Of a stretch of 64,000 nt of DNA, positions 60,646-64,000 are shown piece after piece. A program made the position numbers and the translations under genes. The stretch's first letter is position 1, and every line of letters starts with the position of its first letter. Source of the stretch: Eledone cirrhosa (lineage: Eukaryota); the NCBI GenBank assembly GCA_964016885.1, contig OZ024742.1, forward strand, positions 175,646,001 to 175,710,000. The letters run 5' to 3'. The notes beneath the pieces were generated by a model that did not search any database, was not told the DNA's origin, and saw only the letters and a list, made by a program, of their open reading frames with translations.

Positions 60646-61772
60646 CTATGCTAGCTTAGAAAAACAGAATGTCATTGTAGTGTATCATATAATGGTATAT
60701 ATAATATATTGGTAAATGCTATCTGATATAGAAGTCTAGAGTCAAGTAATTTTATTTTATATTATTATGTATGACAGTTATTAGTTTCACCTTTATGGTG
60801 GCTAAGATGACTTTTGCTTTTTAGCTTCATATTTCTTTCAGTAAACCCAGTAAAGTGGTTGGCATTAGGAAGGATATCCAGCTATAGAAATCATAACAAA
60901 ACTAGAATGTAGGAGCACAACATGGTCCCCTTAATCTGTCTAATTTCAGACCATGACATCCTGTCCAATCCATTCTAGCAGGGAAAGTGGACTCAAATAA
61001 CAATTTTGTGGCTCATTATGAAGGGAAATGAAGAACTATGTCCCTAACATGTCAAAGGAACTTGCCCTGAAAACTTTTAGCATTAGAAACTCAACTATGG
61101 TGTCATGAAGATCTGCTGGTGGAGGCATGCCATGTGACAAATTAAGCTTGCCTAGCAAAAATATCAAAAACTGAAACATATAGTTTCTAATTTAGAAAGG
61201 AAGTGGTAGAGTTGGTGTGACAATGAAATGTTTCATGTCCAAACTGTAATGTGGTAGTGCTGATACTATGATTAAAAACACCAAGTACACTTTGTAAAGT
61301 GCTGATGCTGATGTCACAATAATATGTACCAAGTACACTCTATAAATTGGGTAGCATTAGGAAGAGCATGCAATCATAGAAACCGTGCCAAATATGGAAA
61401 ATATGAACACAACTTGGTTCACACTAACAGTCTGGTCTCAGAAATAACTCATCCAATCAATACCAGCATAGAATATGACTGTTAAATGATGACAACAACA
61501 TTACAACCAAAAGGCAAACATTTATAAATATCAATGATATTAATCTTGTATTATTACAGAAAATTGGAAGTTGAAAAGTTCATTATTAATTAGTTCGCAT
61601 GCCATATTCTATTGGAATTAGATCAATGAACTGATCAATACATTTGACCTTATATATATATAAATTTTGATTTTCCTTTTTATAACTTATCAAAATAAAT
61701 GTCAAGTATAGCTGATAGTTATGATATTGCAATACAGTAACTCTTTTGCTTCCAGAAATGAGGTTTGAATTT

Positions 61773-61859
61773 GAACTTATATATGTGTGGATATTGGGAT
61801 AGAGAACTTATATATGTGTGGATATTGGGATAGAGAACTTATATATGTGTGGATATTGG
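61773..61859. repeat. Perfect 31-bp tandem repeat (about 2.8 copies)
   Basis: Unit GAACTTATATATGTGTGGATATTGGGATAGA at 61773, 61804 and 61835 (last copy partial). Confidence 0.92.
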
Positions 61860-62551
61860 CAAGAGAGATGCTGCATGTGGAGAGGAGAGGAGGAGCATAT
61901 GATGAGAGAGGAGGCGCATATGATGAGAGAGAAGCCTTATATTAATGTTATATTAGTTTTGATATATACAATTTATAACATAATATTAACAGCCATATAT
62001 TAATTTAATATTAGTAATCATGTAATTGCACCATATTTATGGCTATTTTCCCCATATTGCTGTACGTTAAAACAGCGTTTTCAGGCAATATTTTATGCCC
62101 ACATGTCTTTTCAAATGCCAAATCTTTTAGTTTCCTCTTACAACATGAAGAAATACATCATTATTATCATCATTTAATGTCCTGCTAGAAAAGACAGGCC
62201 ATGTTGCCAAAAACTACTAAGTACTCAACTGCACTCTACCAAGTACATTTTATTATAGCACCAATATTAGAAAAACTAATTTCCTTGACACAGCTGAAAA
62301 ATCCTCACAACCCTTTGTTTGGTACGTTTTCTTTGACTAGATTCCTTCCTTATTGTCAACCACTTTACACAGTGTACTAGATATGTTTATTGTGTAGATC
62401 AACAACACTAAGAGAATTGTCATATTTATTGCTCACCTGCAAAGTCCTCCTGACCCTTTGTTTGGCAAATCTTATATGGCATGAAACCCCTTCCCATTCG
62501 CAACAAATTAACACAGTGTACTGGGTACTCTTATCATGTATATAACCATTA

Positions 62552-62727
62552 GCAGTATCAGTAGAGGGTCGGACGCCATGCTTTCCAGCATAGTTACGTC
62601 CCTTTACGATCTGAGTTCAAATCCCGCCGAGGTTGACTTTGCCTTTCATCCTTACGGGGTCGATAAAATAAAGTACCATTAATGAACTGGGTTATTGCTG
62701 GCCTTGTGCCTAAAGTAGAAACAAATA
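62552..62727 (+). mobile_element. Young short SINE family copy
   Basis: B-box GAGTTCAAATCC plus the conserved body. Matches 50079-50250 and 63878-63990. Confidence 0.8.
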
Positions 62728-63877
62728 TATACTATAGGATTTCTCTTATGCAAACCATTAATTTCTCAAGATACTATTTTCCCTGTTAATAAGATTGTTT
62801 CATATATCTGCTTACACTGGTGTCTATGGCATACTAATTATGGATTCCAAAATTTAAATATATTCAACACTATTGCCACCATTTTTGACAGCACGGGTCC
62901 TCTAGTGTCTCATATTTAAGTTTGTTATTGAACATTCTTCAATTTCTTGCTGAAATTTTCTTATTGAAAAACTTGTATTTCCCTAAAGATTTTTTCCAAT
63001 TCTATAATAGCATTCTAACTTTCAGACTTTCTTTGAAATTAGTAATAAAATTTTTTACTGTAAATATTTTTAACGATAAATATCAATTTTGATATTTATG
63101 TAAAAAAAAAAAAAATAAATAAATATAAGCTTTTGAAAAAAGAAAAAAGAATAGAAATTATTGTTTACAAGTTTGAAATATCTGTTGGATGTTAGTTAAA
63201 AATTGGTTTCTCAGGGATATTGAATCAGTGTAAGGATGGTAGATTGAAACAATATTAGATTGTACAAAACTTACACAGAGACTTTGTACCCTATGAGCAA
63301 AATATGTAGAGAACAAGTTAATGAGGTCCCCTTTATGTAGTTACACAAGCTGCTAAAAATAGCAGCTGAATCTCCTTCACTGGATCACATCTTATAATCT
63401 TTGCCTTTTCATGACTATTTCAAATGAAATATACTTTTTTCAATTAGAGAATTCTGTAGATATTTCAAAAATTATTATTTAATTTCCAAGATAGTAACTT
63501 AATATATGGTGGTTTATATAAATTATGTTGGAAGAATTTAATTTAAATAGAAACCCTTTAGCATGGCATTTCAAATGAAATACACTATTGTGATTAATTA
63601 ATGAAACATTTTTAAGAATTCCCTAAAATTATTATTTCATTTCTAAGATAGTAACTTAAACATAATTCTTTATATGAAATGATGTTGAAAGATTTCTAGG
63701 AACATAATCTTTTTGTGACTCTATTTTTTATGAAATACACTATTTCAATTAATTAACAATTATTTTTTAGGTCTTTACTGAAAGTATTTTTAATAAATAC
63801 ATTTTTCAATATTTTCTGCTAAATCATTAGAGGATGGTATGAGGTATTGTCGATTTTAAGGATCTTGTGTTAAATTA

Positions 63878-63990
63878 ATTGTTTCTACTTTAGGCACAAG
63901 GCCAGCAATTACCCAGTGCATTACTGGTACTTTATTTTATCGACCCCGTAAGGATGAAAGGCAAAGTCAACCTTGGCGGGATTTGAACTT
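63878..63990 (-). mobile_element. Truncated copy of the same short SINE
   Basis: Near-identical to 50079-50190. Confidence 0.8.
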
Positions 63991-64000
63991 GTGTTAGGAC

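Overview
AT-rich animal genomic DNA, inferred to be invertebrate and probably cephalopod (octopus-like) from its repeat content. No confidently identifiable host gene. The window has two zones. (1) About 1-29 kb: long (TA)n/(TA,CA)n microsatellite tracts separating islands of Penelope-like retroelements (PLEs). These include Naiad-type RT/GIY-YIG pseudogenes, 3' ends of other PLE clades and ORF-less pLTR fold-backs, plus one DD37D (maT) Tc1/mariner transposon and an RTE 3' end. The PLE islands carry about 17 type I hammerhead ribozyme motifs from at least 7 sequence families (mostly intact CUGANGA...GAAA...NUH cores), plus several decayed ones. The most notable element is an ORF-less unit of about 510-540 bp (family A) that recurs in head-to-tail permuted form. 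Its hammerhead stem II shows compensatory base changes across five copies, which suggests a retrozyme-like non-autonomous PLE. (2) About 29-64 kb: ordinary intron/intergenic-like DNA with a near full-length decayed RTE LINE carrying a PHD finger inside its RT region, a second RTE fragment, CRE-like 3' ends, many SINEs sharing the RTE 3' tail, and TTAA-flanked MITEs. The long IY/YI-rich ORFs are microsatellite artefacts. All calls were made by eye; no searches or folding programs were run.
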